64,000 bases of DNA from assembly GCF_030028105.1 (NCBI RefSeq), contig NC_092398.1:16744182-16808181 (forward strand). Direction: 5' to 3'. The notes below the pieces were generated by a model, which saw nothing but the letters and a program-made list of their open reading frames with translations, was not told where the DNA came from and did not search any database. The position numbers were made by a program, and so were the translations under genes. This DNA is from Mobula birostris (lineage: Eukaryota). The first letter of the stretch is position 1; every line of letters begins with the position of its first letter. Below, piece after piece: positions 62,191 to 64,000 of this stretch.

Positions 62191-62362
62191 AATTATTTAA
62201 TTATTAATTGATTAATAATAAATAAATTAACTAAACTGATTAAATTAATAAATAATTATTATTATAAATAATAATCATAATAATAATAAATACAAAATAA
62301 AATAAAAATAATAATTAATAAAATGATCAATGATTAATAAATTAATAAATTAAAAATTATCT
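62191..62362. repeat. AT-rich low-complexity tract
   Basis: About 170 bp almost exclusively A/T (taa/aat/ttaa units). Confidence 0.9.
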
Positions 62363-62854
62363 TTTAAACTGCATGTTGTGTGCATGTGTTACCTTCTGTA
62401 AACGGAGGTGGTAGATCCAGTGGTAGGATTTCACGATTACAAACTGCAGAGACGTTTTATATTAAAGAATAGCCTTAACAACCCATTTACTATACAGCAA
62501 ACATTGAACACCAAGCCCCGTAAAAAAAAAATTTACATAACAAGTCATAAAGCAAGACCAGTTTCTTAAAGTGAAACTCCAACTCATTGTCGGTGTTTGT
62601 GAATTCCGCACATTTTCATCAATTACGTTTCCCTAAACCACAACGCACCCCCCTCCCGCCTCCAAATTCACTAAAACACGTCTTGTGAGCATATCCGGAC
62701 CTCAGCTTCTGGCTCGTCCATTTGAGCGTTGACACTGCTATGGTCATGTCATGAAGACAGAAGCCTGATAGCGGGGTCCTCCAGTTCCTAGTGGCACGGT
62801 TTAAGGGGATTTACTGAAATGCGTTAAGGATTAACAGTACCGCCCCCCCCCACA

Positions 62855-62889
62855 AACACACACACACACACACCTACACCTACCTCTCC

Positions 62890-62929
<40 letters not shown>

Positions 62930-62930
62930 A
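62855..62930 (+). repeat. (CA)n microsatellite, interrupted
   Basis: Direct reading. Confidence 0.9.
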
Positions 62931-63049
62931 ACACACTTACCTGTGATAAAAGTATTTTCTCCCCGTCTCGAAATGTGAAACGGGCCAGCGTTAATGGGCT
63001 TAAGAGGACGTTGTTGTGCATATTGACGGAATATATCAAAAGAGGCGGA

Positions 63050-64000
63050 ATATATGCCAACACAACCGAAGAGTGCTGTACGCCATGATGGGATGTAGAA
63101 ACAGGTGAAATTTACTAAGGAATGTGCAACACTGTTGACAGGTCAACAACGTGGTAGCAGAGTCAGGAATTATGATGGCCTGGCAGTCGTAACGGTTGCC
63201 TTATAATAACTCGGCTGCGGACAGCTGCGGGTACTCTTTTTGAGACTTTTTGAACCCCAGCAGGACACACGGGAGAAGATAAATCCAGCTCTCACCGGTA
63301 AGGGAAGCCCTCAGGGCCGCACTCATGGACTTATGAAATCGCTTGTACAAGACATTGGACTGGAGGTAAAACGCTGCAGAGATGTGATACAGCATAATGT
63401 CGAGTTTCTGGACCATGGCAACCCAGTGTTCTGATTTGGATCCCCGATCGGAGGAAACATCATACAAAAATGCTGGTGAGCGCAGCGGGCCAAGCAGCAT
63501 CTATAGGAAGAGGTAGAGTCGACGTCTCGGCCGGAAACGTCGACTGTACCTCTTCCTATAGATGCTGCCTGGCCTGCTGCATTCACCAGCATTTTTGTGT
63601 GTGTTGCTTGAAATTCCAGCATCTGCATAATTTCCTCGTGATTGCGAGAGGAAACATCAGATGGAGTGCCAAACCGAGCATCCAAGGGACTGATGAAAGC
63701 CCAACCCAGGTCTGCGGCCGTCGTAGATGCTAGAAGGAGGATATCTGACCATCTGCTGGTACAGTTCACCATGGAAAGGACGTACGTGAAGCCGCGGGAG
63801 TGGGGCTGAAGAGCAACAAGGTCCACATTGACATTGTCAAACCGTACTTTGCGACTTCAAAGGGTGTCAATGGCGCTTGAACATGCGGTTTATCATTTGC
63901 CCGCTGGCACTCCTCAAAGGATGTACTCCAAAACCGCAGTACTTTCTAAGGTTGTACCACACAAAATTCAGTGCCACCTCCTCCTTTGAAGCCACAGGAC
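63050..64000 (-). mobile_element. Gypsy-type LTR retrotransposon integrase remnant
   Basis: DLVAL.PHSRGFTYVLSMV..TSRW...ARFGTPSDVSS|DRG...QSN..RFHKSM.AALRA (rve core), split by a Penelope insertion. Confidence 0.82.
63463..63647. mobile_element. Fold-back (palindromic) Penelope terminal insertion; 12-bp TSD gaggaaacatca
   Basis: TSD at 63451-63462 and 63648-63659. About 65-bp arms inverted around position 63530. Confidence 0.85.

Larger units (their letters stand above)
44296..64000 (+). repeat. Segmental tandem duplication unit 3 (runs off the window or into a Gypsy element)
   Basis: Collinear with unit 2 up to about 63030 (equivalent to about 31670). Confidence 0.8.

Noticed and set aside
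1-64000. Prokaryotic systems (CRISPR, retrons, operons, rRNA or tRNA genes)
   Set aside because: The sequence is vertebrate. All RT and nuclease hits are decayed retrotransposons, there is no repeat-spacer array, and tRNA-like segments are SINE heads.

Overview
Eukaryotic (vertebrate) genomic DNA, almost certainly from a cartilaginous fish and probably a ray, judging by the CR1, Penelope, V/HE1-type SINE and Rex1 repeat content and the receptor family. The window holds three tandem, diverged copies of one segmental unit (about 1-16.8 kb, 16.8-44.3 kb and 44.3-64 kb). Each unit carries a two-exon, + strand, 322-codon class A GPCR gene of the GPR139/GPR142-like type, with a 70-nt exon 1 that the ORF track misses and an 899-nt exon 2. 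Copies 1 and 2 are intact. Copy 3 has one in-frame TGG>TGA stop. A fourth, much older and fragmented paralog lies at about 33.3-33.9 kb. Nearly everything else is nested transposon debris: CR1 LINEs, Penelope-like elements whose termini carry minimal hammerhead-ribozyme motifs, a head-to-tail chain of R4/Dong-type RLE retrotransposons, a 5'-inverted RTE, Rex1/Babar, Gypsy, mariner and SINEs. The best candidate for an under-described system is the expanded orphan GPCR array, which has non-canonical DRG/NTCIY motifs, variable extracellular loops and conserved EBF-like, homeodomain and TATA-like promoter motifs, suggesting a possible chemosensory-type repertoire. That function is inference only. 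Repeat boundaries were read by eye and are approximate unless a TSD is given.
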